Positions 36,632 to 51,244 of a stretch of DNA of 64,000 bases are shown in pieces; positions within the stretch are counted from its first letter, which is position 1, and the number at the start of each line of letters is the position of its first letter. The translations under genes and the position numbers were made by a program. Where the stretch lies: the NCBI RefSeq assembly GCF_963921235.1, contig NC_086108.1:88724001-88788000 (forward strand), given 5' to 3'. The notes beneath the pieces are model-generated. The model was not told the DNA's origin. It searched no databases and saw only the letters and a list, made by a program, of their open reading frames with translations. The stretch comes from Mobula hypostoma (lineage: Eukaryota).

Positions 36632-37835
36632 CCCTCAGTGGCAATCATGTGACAGCAGCTCAATGCATAAAGGCATACAGACATGGTCAAGAGTTTCAGT
36701 TGTTGTCCAAATCAAACATTTGAATGGGGAAGAAGTGTGATCTAAGTGACTTTAACTATGGAATGGTTGTTGGTGCCAGATGGGGTGGTTTGAGTATCTC
36801 AAAAACTGCTGATCTCCTAACATTTCCACATACAACTGTCTCTAGAGTTTACAGAGAATGGTACGAGAAACAAAAAAAAACATCCAGTGAGCGGCAGTTC
36901 TGTGGGTGAAAACGCCTTGTTAATGAGAAAGGTCAGGTGTTCTTGTACATCAGTCACTGAAAGCAAGCATGCAAGTACAGCAGGCAGTGAGGAAAGCTAA
37001 TGGCATGCTGGCCTTCATAACAAGGGGAATTGAGTATAAGAGCAAAGAGGTCCTTCTGCAGCTGTACAGGGCCCTGGTGAGACCACACCTGGAGTACTGT
37101 GTGCAGTTTTGGTCTCCAAATTTGAGGAAGGACATTCCTGTTATTGAGGGAGTGCAGCGTAGGTTCACAAGGTTAATTCCTGGGATGGCGGGACTGTCAT
37201 ATGTCGAAAGATTGGAGCGACTGGGCTTGAATACTCTGGAATTTAGACGGCTGAGAGGGAATCTTATTGAAACATATAAGATTATTAAGGGATTGGACAC
37301 GCTGGAGGCAGGAAGCATGTTCCCGCTGATGGGTGAGTCCAGAACCAGAGGCTGCAGTTTAAGAATAAGGGGTAGGCCACTTAGAATGGAATTGAGGAAA
37401 AACTTTTTCACCCAGAGAGTGGTGGATATATGGAATGCTCTGCCCCAGAAGGCTGTGGAGGCCAAGTCTCTGGATGCTTTCAAGAAAGAGATGGATAGAG
37501 CTCTTAAAGATAACGGAATCAAAGGTTATGGGGATAAGGCAGGAACTGGATACTGATAGTGGATGATCAGCCATGATCACAGTGAATGGCGGTGCTAGCT
37601 CGAAGGGCCAATGGCCTACTCCTGCACCTATTGTCTATTGTCAGAGGAGAACGGCCAAACTAGTTCAAACTGACTAACTCAAATAACTATGTGTTACATC
37701 AGTGGTGTGCAGAAGAGCATCTCTGAATGCACAACACATTGAGCCTTGAAGTAGATGGGGTACTGCACCAGAAGAACCCAAAGATACTTCTTTATTAGGT
37801 ACAGGTGGTATCTAATAAAGTGACCACAGAGTGTA
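36632..37835 (+). mobile_element. Tc1-family non-autonomous element (N-terminal HTH remnant)
   Basis: MGKKCDLSDFNYGMVVGAR...PHTTVSRVYREW; right TIR taataaagtgaccacagagtg followed by TA. Confidence 0.75.
36937..37639 (+). mobile_element. Young 5'-truncated CR1 inside the Tc1 element
   Basis: Intact 195-aa ORF2 C-terminus (LVRPHLEYCVQFWSP); GTCAG flanks at 36932-36936 and 37640-37644. Confidence 0.9.
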
Positions 37836-38710
37836 TAAATAATGCTAAATATAGTCACATGACATTGCAATCTGGTGTACAGTGACCTGATGAGTTATTT
37901 ACTACTGTGGTAGTGTAGCACACTGGAAAAATAATCCAGGGACATGAGTTCATATTAAATTTTGTGTATTTTGGGAAATTAAGTAAAAATTAACTGAAGA
38001 AAGTGGCATTGGCAATAATGACTATAGAAATATCAACTGTGATGAACTAAAGATAATAGTTAATCACTGTCTTTTAAGACAGAGTTTTACAGTCATTCCA
38101 TCTGTTCTTTGGTCTCATAACAGAGTGGTTGAGTTTTACCTCAGCAAGCCATTCAATTCAAGGATGTCTGTGCGCCCTCGCCAGCATCACTCACATCCTG
38201 TCCATCAGTTAGAAACAAAAAGCCATTGTAATGTACTAGCTAAGTGAAAATAACACTATGTATACAATATTGGGATAAAGTAATTTTCCTGATTAGATTA
38301 AAACAGATTAGACTGAATAGTTTACCTATAATAGTTTACACACTACTGGGAATGATGAAGGTCAGAAACAGTTAAAACAACAAGTTTATTCGGAAGTCAG
38401 ATAAGATTATAAATGCTTGCAAAATACGGTGTAAATATAATAAACATTAATATGTATTGAATTTTTAAATAATTGGAGTATAAAAAGCCTAAGGTTTCAT
38501 CTCAATTAATACTGGAAATTTAAAAAAAAATTATCTTAGATTTTCTGTCCTTTTGCCCAAATATTTTAAGGATATATACATAACTACTTTCAATATATTA
38601 CTGTAATGTATCCATGTTCATCCTTCCATTGGAGTTCCTGACAAAGGAATAACAGAAGTAACATTTACTATAGCCTAAACAGTTTCTCTATTTTAAGTTT
38701 CACTATTTCC

Positions 38711-38993
38711 TTTTTTTTGGCGTGTGCGTGCGTGCACGATGTTGGCAGGACGATGTCCTTTTCATGCCTTTACAAGGCGCAGAGCGAGAGAGAGAGAGAC
38801 TGTGTGACACGCCACTCCTCACACAGACATTTCACAGTATTTTTCCCTTTAATTTACGAGGTTGAGTTGCGATCTCGACACTCAACCTGGCACGGATGGA
38901 AAGCGTACTCGGGAGCAGCCCTGACTGGGTTTGAACCCCGGAACCTCCGTTCCAGAGTCCGGCGCTGATGTCATTGCGCCACCAGCCAGCCCT
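38711..38993 (-). mobile_element. tRNA-derived poly(A) SINE with 15-bp TSD AGTTTCACTATTTCC
   Basis: A box TGGCGCAATG and B box GGTTCAAACC on -; A8 tail; TSD at 38696-38710 and 38994-39008. Confidence 0.88.
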
Positions 38994-39739
38994 AGTTTCA
39001 CTATTTCCAATTTTGTAAAGTTTCCATTTGTCCTTACTGACAAAAAAATTGGCAATGTACCCAAAATCCTTAAAAACGCAGGACTGTAAAATACAATATT
39101 CTTATTTGGTGATATAGGAATTTTACACTGAGCTTTGAAACCAGTCAAAATTATTTGAACTGTACTTAACTTCAGGGTACTGCTGGTAAATGGCCACTCA
39201 TTTTGGGTTTCCATGGAAACATGGAAGTCAGAGAGGACCTGAAGGTGAAATGCTGTCATATCTAGCTTCCTACTGTGTGGCTAGACTGAGTCTAGCAGTA
39301 TAGCGCAGACATATTAGGGAAAGGAGGCAGGCGCACTTTTCAACTCTACCTCAGTCTTGTCTGCAAAAATAGGTTACCACAAAAATTTGAATGGGTTGCT
39401 GTAGACTTTCCATTTATTTAAGAAAATATATTGATACCGCACAGTAATAGGATCTTCCAGCCCAATGAGCTCGTGATGTCCAATGACCCCGTGACCAATT
39501 AACCTATCAAACCCCAAAGGTTACCTGCCATGTTTAATTTGTGGGAGGTTAGCTAGGAATTTCCTCTACATCCATGTCCCACATCCTATAATACCTTGGA
39601 GGGATTCTTATCAAATACTTTATGGAACTCCACTTACGGAACATTCATTGACATTTCCCCATGCACTACTACGACTACCAATTTAAAATTTTATTTTCCT
39701 ACTGGCAGACAACATCACGTTTAAGGAGGGAGTTTAAGA

Positions 39740-40290
39740 AGGCTGTGCGCATGGTAAGTGCTGAGCTTGTGAACTAAGTGCAGAAGTTTTGACAAGGAAG
39801 GTTTCAGTGAGGAGGCTGGGTTGCAATACAGTAAGGCAAAGTACAGTCTTCCTCTTCTTTTCAACCAGTAGGTACTTGAGAGTGATATAGATCAGCAGAG
39901 TGTGAGAGATGAGAGATCAAGGAGAAGCCAAATATCCCTTATGACCATATTTTCAGGCAGTGTGTCTTGCTGCAGCTCCTCTCCGACCACATGGAATAGG
40001 TTGGGACAATATTCCCTGAAACGTAGGAGACAGGGAGATTTGACAGAGGTATACAATATTATGAGGGGCACAATTAGGGTGGGCATTTTCCACTGAGAGT
40101 GGTTGAGACTAGAACCAATATGTTTAAGGCAAAAAAGTGAAATATTTAAAGGGAATCTGAGGGGGATCTTCATCACCCAGAGGTCAGTACAAGTGTGGAA
40201 CAAACTGCCAGTGGAAATGATGGATGTGGGTTCGATTTCAAGTAAGAGACGTTTGGATAGGTACATGGGATGACAGGGTTAATATAAGTA
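39740..40290 (+). mobile_element. Decayed, internally deleted CR1
   Basis: LKRRRQGDLTEVYNIMRG. Confidence 0.6.
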
Positions 40291-43242
40291 AGCTAGTCCG
40301 AATCTTTTACCGAGGGTGGGAACATGCAGAACTCGAGTGCAAGATGAGAGGTGTGAAATTGAAAAGAGATCAGAAGAGTAGGTTTTTCCTCAAAGAGGGT
40401 GGAATGAGCTATCAGAGGAGATTGCAAAGGCAGATACAACATGTAAAGAAGGCATTTGGAAATGTACTTGCATAACAACATCATGTTTACAGTTCATTCC
40501 AAAATACTTGATGGCTTGGCACCCATCACCCAGTTTATATTGAGTGACTCTCCAACCTTTTGGTCTCCTTACATTCCTGTGCTTCTTCATAAGATTCCAT
40601 AAAACTGCTCTTCACAAACATCCCATTGCAAAGTTTTGACCTGCAATACCAATAATTATTTTCCTCCCATGGACGCTGGTCAACCTGCTGAGTTCCTACA
40701 ACAGATTGATTGTTATTCTAATGCAAACTTAATCAGTTCCTAAAGAAACCAAAACCGTTTCCATGAGATGAACTAGAGTCACAGAGCACTACAGCACAGA
40801 AAATCCCATCTAGTCCATGCTAAACTATTAATCTGCTTAGTCCCATCGACCTGCACCCAGATCATAACCCTCCACACCCCTCCCATCCCTGTACCTATCA
40901 AGATTTCTCTTAAATGTTGAAATTGAACCCACATTCTCCACTTGAACTGGCGGCTCGTTCCATACTCTCACTACTCTCTGGGTGAAGAAATTGTCCCTCA
41001 TGTTTGCCTTAAACATTCCACCTTCCACCCTTAACCCATGACTCATATAAGCTCAGTGGGGAAAATAGCCTGCTTACATTTGCTCTATCTATACTTCTCA
41101 TAATATTGTATACCTCCATCAAATCTCCTCTCAATCTCCTATGTTCTAGACAAAATCCTAATCTATTCTACTTTTCCCTATAATTCAGGTCCTAAAGTCC
41201 CAGCAACAGTCTTCTAAGTTTTATCTGCTCTCTTTCAATCTTATTTACATCTTTCCTGTATGTAGGTTACCAAAACTGCACACAAAACTCCAAAGTAAGC
41301 CTCACTGATGTCTCATACAACATAACATCACAACTCCTGTACTCATTACTTTGATCTACGAAGACCAATGTGTCAAAGGCTTTCTTTATCACCTTATCTA
41401 CCTGTGATGTCTCTTTCAAGGAATTATGGATCTGTATTCCTAGATCCCTCTATTCTACCACAGTCCTCAGTACCCTACTGCTTACCATGTAAGACCTACA
41501 CTGGTTGGTCCTAATGAAGTGCAACACTTCGCACTTGTCTGCATTAAGAACCATCTGCCATTTGTAAACCCAATTTTCCATTTGTTCCAGATCCCACTTC
41601 AAGCTTTGATAGCATACCCAATCTTGATGTCATCCACAAATTTGCTGATCCATTCAGATCATTGCCATAGATGACAAACAACAATGGATCCAGCACCGAT
41701 CCCCCGTCACTCCACTAGCCACAGGTCTCCAGTCAGAGAAGGAACCATCTATTAACATTCTCCTGCTTCTCCCTCGAAGCCAATGTCTAATCCAATTTAT
41801 TACCTCATCTTGAATGCCAAATGACTGAAACTTTTTTACCAACCTCTCACGTGCGATCTTGTCAAAGGCCTTTCTAAAGTCCTTGTAGAGACCATCCACT
41901 TCATTGCCTCCACCAACTTTCTCGGTAGCTTCCTCGAAAAATCTATAAGATTGGTTAGACATGACTTACCACACATGAGGCTATGATGACTATCTCAATC
42001 AGTCCTTGTCTATCCAAATACTTAGATATCCAATCCCTTAGAATACCTTCCAGTAACTTTCCCACTACTGATGTCAGGCTCACCAGCCTACAACTTCCTA
42101 GCTTACTTTTAGAGCCTTTCTTAAACAATGGAACATTAGCTATCCTCCAGTCCTCCGGTGCATCACCCATGGCAAAGGATATTAATTGATAGGCTCCCTG
42201 CAATTTCTGCACTACCCTTCCACAGGGTCTGAGGGAATACCTTGTTAGGCCCTGGGGATTTATCCACTCTAATTTGCCTCAAGACAATAAACATGTCCTC
42301 CTCTGTCATCTGTATAGGGTCCATAACCTCGCTGTTGCATTGCCTCACATCTATAAACTCTGTGTCCATCACCTGAGTAAATACAGAAGCAAAAAAATCC
42401 ATTTAAGTTCTCCCCCATCTCTTTTGGCTCTACACATCAATTACCACTCTGATCTTCCAGAGGGCCAATTTCGTCCTTTGCTACCGTTTTGCTCTTAATA
42501 AGACTGTAGATGCCCTTCAGATTCTTCTTCACCTTGTGTGCCAGGGAAAACACACCTTCTTTTAGCCTCCTGATTTCCTTCTTAAGCATTCTCTTAATAT
42601 ATTATACTCCTCAAGTATCTAATTTGTTTGTATCTGCTAAGCACCTCCTTTTTCTTAATCAGGGCTCTATATCTCTTGAAAACCTAAAACCTATTATCTT
42701 GCCTTTTATTCTGACAAGAACATACCAACACTGTGCTTTCAAAATTTCACTTTTGAAGGCCTCCCACTTAGTAAGTGGATCTTTGCCAGAAAACAACTAC
42801 ACCCAGTCTACACCTGCCAGATGCTTTCTGATACCATTAAAATTGGCCTTTCTAAAATGTGGACTCTTAAGCCGAGGACCAGACCTATCCTTCTCCATAC
42901 TTATTTTGAAACCAGTGGCATTATGATCACTTGATGCAAAGTTTTCCCCTACACAAGCTTCTGTCACCTGCCCTATATTATTTCCTAATAGGAGAACTAG
43001 TATTACATTCTCTCTAGTTAAGACTTCCATGTACTGATGAAGGAAACTTTCCTGAACTCATTGGACAAACTCTTTCCCATACACTATGGGAGGCCTACTC
43101 AATATGTGGAAAGCTAAAATCACCTGCTCTCACAACCTTATGTCCCTTGCACCAGTCTATGATCTCTCTACAAATTTGTTCCTCTAAATCCCATGGGCTG
43201 TTGGGTGGTCTGTAAAATAATCCTGTTAATGTGGTCATACCT

Positions 43243-44447
43243 TGCTACCACCCAGACTGGACCCCCTACAATTTGCCTACTGATCAACAGATGACACAAT
43301 AGCCACTGCTCTACATATCGTCCTTACACATCTGGAAAAGAAGGGTGCTTCTGTGACAATGCTGTTCTTGGACTACAGTTCAGCATTCAATACCACAGTT
43401 CCACCCAGGCTCGACAAGAAGCTCAGAGACCTCGACCTTGTGCAGCTGGATCCTGGACTTCCTGTCAGATTGTCAGCAGGTTGTAAGAGTGGACTCCCTC
43501 ACTTCAACCCTCTGACTTTCAATACAGGAGCCCCTCAGGGCTATGTACTGAGTCCCCTCCTTTACTCTCTGTATACCCATGACTGTATCGCCACCCACAG
43601 CTCTATTCTGCTAATTAAATTTGCCAACAACAGTACATTGATTGGCCTTATCTCAAACTATAAGGTGGCTTACAGGGAAGAAGTTATCTCTCTGACACAG
43701 TGTTGTCAAGAAAACAAAGTCTCCCTCAATGTTGTAAAAACAAAGGAGCTGGTTGTGGACTACAGGAGGAATGAAGATGGGCTAACCCCTATTGACATCA
43801 ATGGATCTGGGGTAGAGAGGGTAAACAGCTTCAAGTTCCTTGGCATCCACATCACCGAGGACCTCACGTGGTCTGTACATGCCAGCTGTGTGGTGCAAAA
43901 GGCACAACAGCGCCTCTTTCACCTCAGAGGGTTGAGGACGTTTTGTATGGGGCCCCAAATCCTAAGAACTTTCTACAGAGGCACAATTGAGAGCATCCTG
44001 ACTGGCTTTATCACTGCCCGGTATGGGAACTGTACCTCCCTTACTCACAGGACTCTGCAGAGAGTGGTGCGGACAGCCCAGCGCATCTGTATTTGTGAAC
44101 TTCCCATGATTCAGGACGTTTACAAGGACAGGTGTGTAAAAAGGGCCCATAGGATCATTGGGGACCTAAGTCATCCCAACCACAATCTATTCCAGCTGCT
44201 ACCATCTGGGAAACGGTACCGCAGCATAAAAGAGCCAGGACCAACAGGATCTGGGACAGCTTCCTCCACCAGGCCATCAGACTGATGAACTCACGCTGAT
44301 TCGAGTGTACTCTATATTACATTGACTGTTCAATTTATTATAAATTACTATGATTGTGCATGGCACAATTATATGGAGAAGTAACATAAAGATTTTTACT
44401 CCTTATGTATGTGAAGGATGTAAGAAATAAAGTCAATTCAATTCAAT
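43243..44447 (+). mobile_element. Rex1/Babar LINE, RT and 3' end
   Basis: 310-aa ORF with [31 protein letters not shown] and KFLGIHI; AATAAA followed by a (CAATT)n tail. Confidence 0.88.
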
Positions 44448-44567
44448 TCCTTATTTCTACCCATAAAACCTCACTAGATCTGTCCAGTCTGTCTGACTGA
44501 GAACTGCCAGGATAGTTTCCCTGACTAGAAGTGCCATCCCTCCCTCTTTTAATCCCTCCCGCTCTAT

Positions 44568-45337
44568 CATAGAAACATAGAAAATAGGTGCAGGAGTAGG
44601 CCATTCGGCCCTTCGAGCCTGCACCGCCATTTATTATGATCATGGCTGATCATCCAACTCAGAACCCAGCCTTCCCTCCATACCCCCTGACCCCTGTAGC
44701 CACAAGGGCCATATCTAACTTCCTTTTAAACATAGCTAATGAACTGGCCTCAACAGTTTGCTGTGGCAGAGAATTCCACAGATTCACCACTCTCTGTGTG
44801 AAGAAGTTTTTCCTAATCTCGGTCCTAAAAGGCTTCCCCTCTATCCTCAAACTGTGACCCCTCGTTCTGGACCTCCCCAACATCGGGAACAATCTTCCCG
44901 CATCTAGCCTGTCCAATCCCTTTAGGATCTTATACGTTTCAATCAGATCCCCCCTCAATCTTCTAAATTCCAACGAGTACAAGCCCAGTTCATCCAGTCT
45001 TTCTTCATATGAAAGACCTGCCATCCCAGGAATCAATCTGGTGAACCTTCTTTGTACTCCCTCTATGGCAAAGATGTCTTTCCTCAGATTAGGGGACCAA
45101 AACTGCACACAATACTCCAGGTGTGGTCTCACCAAGGCCTTGTACAACTGCAGTAGTACCTCCCTGCTCCTGTACTCGAATCCTCTCGCTATAAATGCCA
45201 GCATACCGTTCGCCTTTTTCACCGCCTGCTGTACCTGCATGCCCACTTTCAATGACTGGTGTATAATGACACCCAGGTCTCGTTGCACCTCCCCTTTTCC
45301 TAATCGGCCACCATTCAGATAATAATCTGTTTTCCTA
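44568..45337 (-). mobile_element. Young CR1 3' end
   Basis: Intact 209-aa ORF2 C-terminus; ATAGAAAC-type tail. Confidence 0.9.
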
Positions 45338-46489
45338 ACCTCTGGAAATTAAGTTGGCAGTCCTGCCGCTCCTGCAACCATGTCTTAATAATGGCTACAG
45401 TGTAACAAATCCACATGCTAATCCATGCCCTAAGCTCATCCACCTTTCCTCCAATACTCCTTGCATTGAAATATATGTGACTCACAACATTAGTCCCACC
45501 ATCCGCTTCCTGACTTTGTATATCAGCTTAACAACATCTTTCTTCTCAACCACTCCACTATCTGTTCTGACGCTTTGATTCCCCTCTCACCCCCACTCCC
45601 TCTCCCTGTAGCACTAACAACCCTTTCCATTAGGCTATCTATAACCCTCCAGTTCAGATGCAAACCATTCCTTCTGTATTGTTCCCAATTTCCCTGGAAG
45701 AGAGTGCAATGATCCAAAAGCCCTCCCTCCTGCACCATCTCCTCAGCCAAGGGTTGAAATGAATGATCTTCCTACTTCTGCCCTCACTAGCATGTGGCAA
45801 AGGTAGCAATCTGAGATTACAACCCTAGAGATCCTGTCCTTTAACTTAGCACCTAACTCCCTGAACTTACCTTGCAGGACCTCATCACCCCTCCTACCCA
45901 TGTCCCTGGTACAGACATGGACCACAGCCTCTGACTGCTCAGCCTCCCTATTAATGCTGTGGACTTGATCTGAGACGTCCCTGACCCTAGCACCCAGGAG
46001 GCAATATACATCTGGGTATCCCACTCTTGTCCACAGAACCTTCTTTCTGTTCCCCTCTTCAACAAATCCCTTATCACTACAGCCCACCTCTTCCATCCCC
46101 TCTTCTTCCGAGCCACAGAGCCGGACTCAGTGCCAGTGACCTAACCGCTGTGGTTTTCCTCTGCTAGGTCAAACCACCCCCACTCCCCCACCCCAAACGG
46201 TATCCAAAGCCGAATACCTGTTGTTGAGGGGAATGGCCATGGGGGTATTTAGCACTGGCTGCCTTACTCCTTGTCCCCTTCTCATGGTCACCTAGTTACC
46301 TGTGTCCTGCACCTTGTGTGTAACTAACTCCCTGTATGTCCTGTCTATTAACCCCTCAGCCACCAGAATGATCCACTGTTGATCTAGTTCCAGCTCCAAC
46401 TCCTTATCATAGGGCTGATAGAAGCTAGAGGTAGGTACAGTCATCAAGTCTCCCTGCCTTCCAACATCCAGCAAGAGGATAGAGCGAGG

Positions 46490-47312
46490 CATCTGGAAAG
46501 AAATGGATCTATCAGGCAGACGCAGCATGGATTCAGCAAAGGCAGGTCCTGTTTGACAAACTTACTAGAGTTCTTTGTGGATATAATGAGTGCAATGGAT
46601 AGAGGGGAACAAATGGACATTATTTGCTTGGATTTCCAGAAGGCGTTCGATAAGGTGCTGCATAAAAGACTTATCCATAAGATAAGGACTGAATTTAAGA
46701 GCAGGGAGGTTATGCTTCAATTGTACAGGGTACTAGTGAGGCCGCACCTGGAGTACTACTGTTCTGATCTCCTTATTTGAAGAAGGATATACTGGCTTTG
46801 GAAGCGGTGCATAGGAGGTTCACCAGGTTGATTCCACAGATAAGGGGGTTCGACTATGAGGGGAGATTGAGTCGCCTGGGACTGTACTTGCTGGAATTCA
46901 GAAGAGTGACAGGAGATATTATAGAAACATATAAAATTATGAAAGGGATAGATAAGATAGAGGCAGGAAAGTTGTTTCCACTGATTGGTGAGACTAGAAC
47001 TAGGGGACATAGCCTCAAGATTCAGGAGAGTACATTTAGAATGGAGATGAGGAGGAACTGCTTTTCCCAGTGGGTGTTGAATCTGTGGAATTCTCTGCCC
47101 AATGAAGCAGTGGAGGCTACCTAAGTAAATATATTTAAAACAAGGATGGATATATTTTTGCATAGTAGGGGAATTAAGGGTTATGGTAAAAAGGCAGGTA
47201 GGTGGAGGTGAGTTCATGGTCAGATCAGCCATGATCTTATTGAATGGTGGAGCAGGCTTGATGGGCCAAATGGCCTACTCCTGCTCCTATTTCTTATGTC
47301 CTTATGTTCTTA
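46490..47312 (+). mobile_element. CR1 RT/3' end with internal deletion
   Basis: DFQKAFDKV joined directly to EFKSREVMLQLY; cttatgt tail. Confidence 0.85.
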
Positions 47313-48019
47313 TTCCACTATCCTGCCTGGCATCCCCTCTGCTCTAAATGTGCAATAAGAAAGAAAGAATTAACAATGAGAAAAATCCACCTGCACCTCT
47401 CTTTGCCAAAGCCTCAAATTCCCACTCTAACACTATCCCATTCTCACAATGACCGCTCCATTTAAACCGAACACCTTTTTATTGGATCTTGCCAAATGCC
47501 TAATTATGCACAGTTCAGTTGCCTCCTCAGGAACTGTGGTGCACAAATTGTGCTGACTGCCCCTGCTCATTTCTTTTAAACTCTCCCTCTATGCAATCCA
47601 ATATCTCCTTGGGAGCTTTAGTGTGCATAATTGCTGATTGCTTCTGCTCACTAATGTAAATATCACAACTCATATTTTGCATCAGTTTTGTTGAAATAGT
47701 CATAGAATTATACACATATTAAGAATTCTTTTATAAAATAAATCCCAAGTGCCTATGCAAATGAAGTTTTGTGCAAGAGTTGTGGGGTATAGAGGGCTAT
47801 GTCCAGGTTAATTAGACTAGGCAGAATAACAGTTTGACACAGACTAGATGGGCTGAAGGGCTTCTTTATGTGCTGTAGTGCTCTATGACTATGACTCTAG
47901 AACTATGGCAATGTTTCATTTCAATGAAAGTGACATGAGATCTGCTACTAATGGAATACTTCTGTATACTGTAGTTCTAATGTACTGCTGGAAGCTCAGC
48001 AAGTTTATTGCACATTCAT

Positions 48020-48697
48020 ATGTCTTTTTCTTTTGGCTTCCTGTACATTGAGGTATTGAGGAGAATGAGTGGGTTGATTATTTTTCCAAAAAAGCTGTTG
48101 AAAGTTCATCTGTGGATATAGACCTTCCACTTAGCAAATCAGAAGCTAAGGGATTGGTGGTGCTAAGAATTTGGGGATCATGGGCATAAGGAGAGACCCC
48201 TTTAGAGAATACATAAAACTGTGGGATTGATGGGAGAAGGGGGTAAGACAAGAAGGGAAGGAATTATATTGACTCGATTTAGAATTGGGCATATTATGCT
48301 TAATTATTCCTGGTATCTCGTTGGAAAACATCACCCTGGGGTGTGTAGGTGTTGTCATCATTATGAAACAGTTGAACACACCCTTTTACAATGTGAAGCA
48401 TACGAGGTTGAAAGGTAGCAATTGCAGGCTTCACTACTAGCTTTGGGGGTTGACAGTTTTCATTTTAAAACTTTTCTAAGTCATGGAAGGTACTTTAATT
48501 TAATTCACAATATTGTCTTTCATTGTTTAAAATCTATAGGGCTTTTTGGGGTAATTTAATTTTCAAATGATAAAGAACCAGTAGGGGTTTTAATTCCTGG
48601 CTCTCTACACCACACTCCAGTCCAACTGGTGGCGGTACTGCACCTTTTAGTTGGCCTTCCAGCTGCCATTAAAAGTCAGCAGAAGAAGAAGAAGAAG
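48020..48697 (+). mobile_element. RNase H-containing LINE (I/Nimb-like) 3' end
   Basis: GIEENEWVD RNase H end; LTRFRIGH...CRCC...ETVEHTLLQC knuckle; (AAG)n tail. Confidence 0.7.
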
Positions 48698-51211
48698 GTC
48701 CAACAGTTGGTGAGTCAGTATACTGGCAGAAACTACACCCTGAAGACAAAAGAACTCTCCAACCAGCTTTGTGAAAAGGTTCTTGAAAAGCACAAGTCAG
48801 GAAGTGGGTACAAGATGTTAACCAGAAAGGACTACTGTCTGCTAATCAAAGAAGTTGAATGAATTAAGAACAGTGGAAGTAGATCGACCAGTTGTCTTTG
48901 TTTAGACCATAAGACCATAAGACAAAGGAGCAGAAGTAGGCCATTCAGCCCATTGAGTCTGCTCTGCCTTTTTGTCATGAGCTGATCCATTCTCCTATTT
49001 AGTCCCACTCCCCCGCTTTCTCACCATAACCTTTGATGCCCTGGCTACTCAGATGCCTAGCAAGCTCTGCCTTAAATACACCCAATGACTTGGCCTCCAC
49101 TGCCGCCCGTGGCAACAAATTCCATATATTCACCACCCTCTGACTAAAAAAATTTCTTCGCATTTCTGTTCTGAAAGGGCACCCTTCAATCCTTAAGTCA
49201 TGCCCTCTCGTACTAGACTCCCCCATCATGGGAAACAACTTTGCCACATCCACTCTGTCCATGCCTTTTAACATTTGAAATGTTTCTATGAGGTCTCCCC
49301 TCATTCTTCTAAACTCCAAGGAATACACTCCAAGAGCGGACAAACGCTCCTCAGATGTTAACCCTCTCATTCCCGGAATCATTCCAGTGAATCTTCTCTG
49401 TATGTGCTTAGAGATGGGGGCTACCATTTTGTGGAACTGTTTTACATCCTCCATTTTGTGTTAGTTGCTTGGCTTCATCAATGTTTTAAAGAAGACACAG
49501 TGATGCCACAGGTAATCTGTTGAACTAGGGATCATTTCCAAATAAGAAGTTAATTGTGAGGTGTTCTTTGATTGGATATAACATGCATGTTTATGAATGA
49601 TGGTCTGTGTGATTCAAACTGATTGAGAACAAAGAGCCATTAATTACCGATTGACACTTGCTGGGAAAAGGATGATAAATGGATGCTAGCCTAGAGCAGA
49701 ACCAATAAAAGATGTTATAGGTCAGACACATGATCAACAGCCAATGATACTGGGATGCAATATTTGAATTGGTAAGAAATAGATATAAAAACAGACACTT
49801 CAAGTCTGCTGGCAGTGGTAACTCTGTGAGAGAACAACAGTTGTGGATGAGAGGTTCCCCACAGACAGGTGAAGATTCAAAATGGAACTACAAGGAACAT
49901 GTGGCCAGCAGAAGAAACTCATTTTCAACTGGTAATATGTATTCTGTTCTTTGACTGTTCATGGAAGGTCAGGAAAACTTAATTGGTGTGCACACAAGAT
50001 ATTTAGTGTATGAATTCACATAATTGTTAATTTAGACAATAAAGCTACTTGTCAGTTAATACTGATCTCTCTGTGCCTCTCTGATCATTATTACAAGGGG
50101 TGATTCTTGTAACAAAGTAAATTTCCAAGTCACTGAATATCCTGTGGAGTAGTTATTTCAAGAAGGGAACTAGTGAGGGAGGCCACCAAGAGACCTATAA
50201 CAACTCTAGAGGAGTTACAAGCTTCAGTGGCTGAGATGGGAAGACAGCACATCCAATTGTTGCTTGGTTGCTTTACCAGCTTTATGGGAGAGTGGCAAAG
50301 AGAAAGCTACTATTGAGAGAAACTCACATGAAATCCTGGCTAGAGTTTGCTACAAGGCATGTGGGAGACTCTGAAGTCGGCTGGAAGAAGGTTCTGTGGT
50401 CTGTTGAAACCAAAATTGAGCTTTCTGGCCATCAGACTAAAGGCTATGTTTGGTGTAAACCAAACACTGCACATCATCAAAACACACCATCCCTACCATG
50501 AAGCATGGTGGTGGCTGCATCATGCTGTGGGGATGCTTCACTGCAGCAGGCCCTGGAAAACTTGTGAAGGGAGAGGGTAAAATGAATGAAGCAAAATACA
50601 GGGAAAATCCTGGAGGAAGACCTAATGCAGTCTGCAAGAGAACTGCGACTTGGGAGAAGATATTTTTTCCAGCAAGACAATGACCCTTTTCAGCATAAAG
50701 CCAATGGTACACAGAAATGGCTTAAAAACAACAAAGTTATTGTCCTGGAGTGGTCAAGTCAGGGTCCACTAATTGAGAATTCGTGGCTTGATTTGAAAAG
50801 TGCTGTTTACACATAATCCTCATGCAATCTGACAGAGCTTGAGCAGTTTTGTAAAGAAGAATGGAGAAAAATTACAGTGTCCAGACGTGCAAAGCTGATG
50901 GAGACCTAACCACACAGACTTAAGGCTGTAATTGCTACCAAAGGTGCATCTACTAAATGCTGACTTGAAGGGGGGTGAGTAATTATGCAGTCAATTATTT
51001 TGTGTTTAATATATTTTAATACATTTAGATTTTATTTTAATACATTTAGATCAATTTGTAGAAATTTGTTTTTACTTAGACATGAAAGAATCTTTTCTGT
51101 TGATCAGTGCCAAAAGAGCCAAATTAAATCCATTGTGATTCAATATTCTAAAACAATAAAACATGAAAACTTTGAAGGGGTGGGGGGAGTGAATACTTTT
51201 TATAGGCATTG
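48698..51211 (+). mobile_element. Decayed Tc1 transposon interrupted by a solo LTR
   Basis: [51 protein letters not shown]; right TIR gtgaatactttttataggcattg followed by TA. Confidence 0.85.
48816..50114 (+). mobile_element. Solo LTR containing a CR1 3' end (- strand, ~48903-49400)
   Basis: TGTTA...TAACA ends; AAGA/AAGT flanks; TATAAAA at ~49784; AATAAA at ~50038; the Tc1 frame resumes after it. Confidence 0.7.
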
Positions 51212-51244
51212 TATTTGTATAGAAGTTGAGATCTGTTGTATATT

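Larger units (their letters stand above)
40775..46435 (-). mobile_element. Near full-length degenerate CR1 (ORF1 ~45340-46430; ORF2 ~40830-43245) with nested insertions
   Basis: CLLGARVRDVSD esterase; SSDHN; KSPGPN; DFRKAFDK; WNEPP and 3' tail. Confidence 0.82.

Noticed and set aside
36950..37522. 190-aa minus-strand ORF (likewise 45041-45322 and 60123-60698)
   Set aside because: Antisense or alternate-frame shadows of CR1 or Penelope coding sequence
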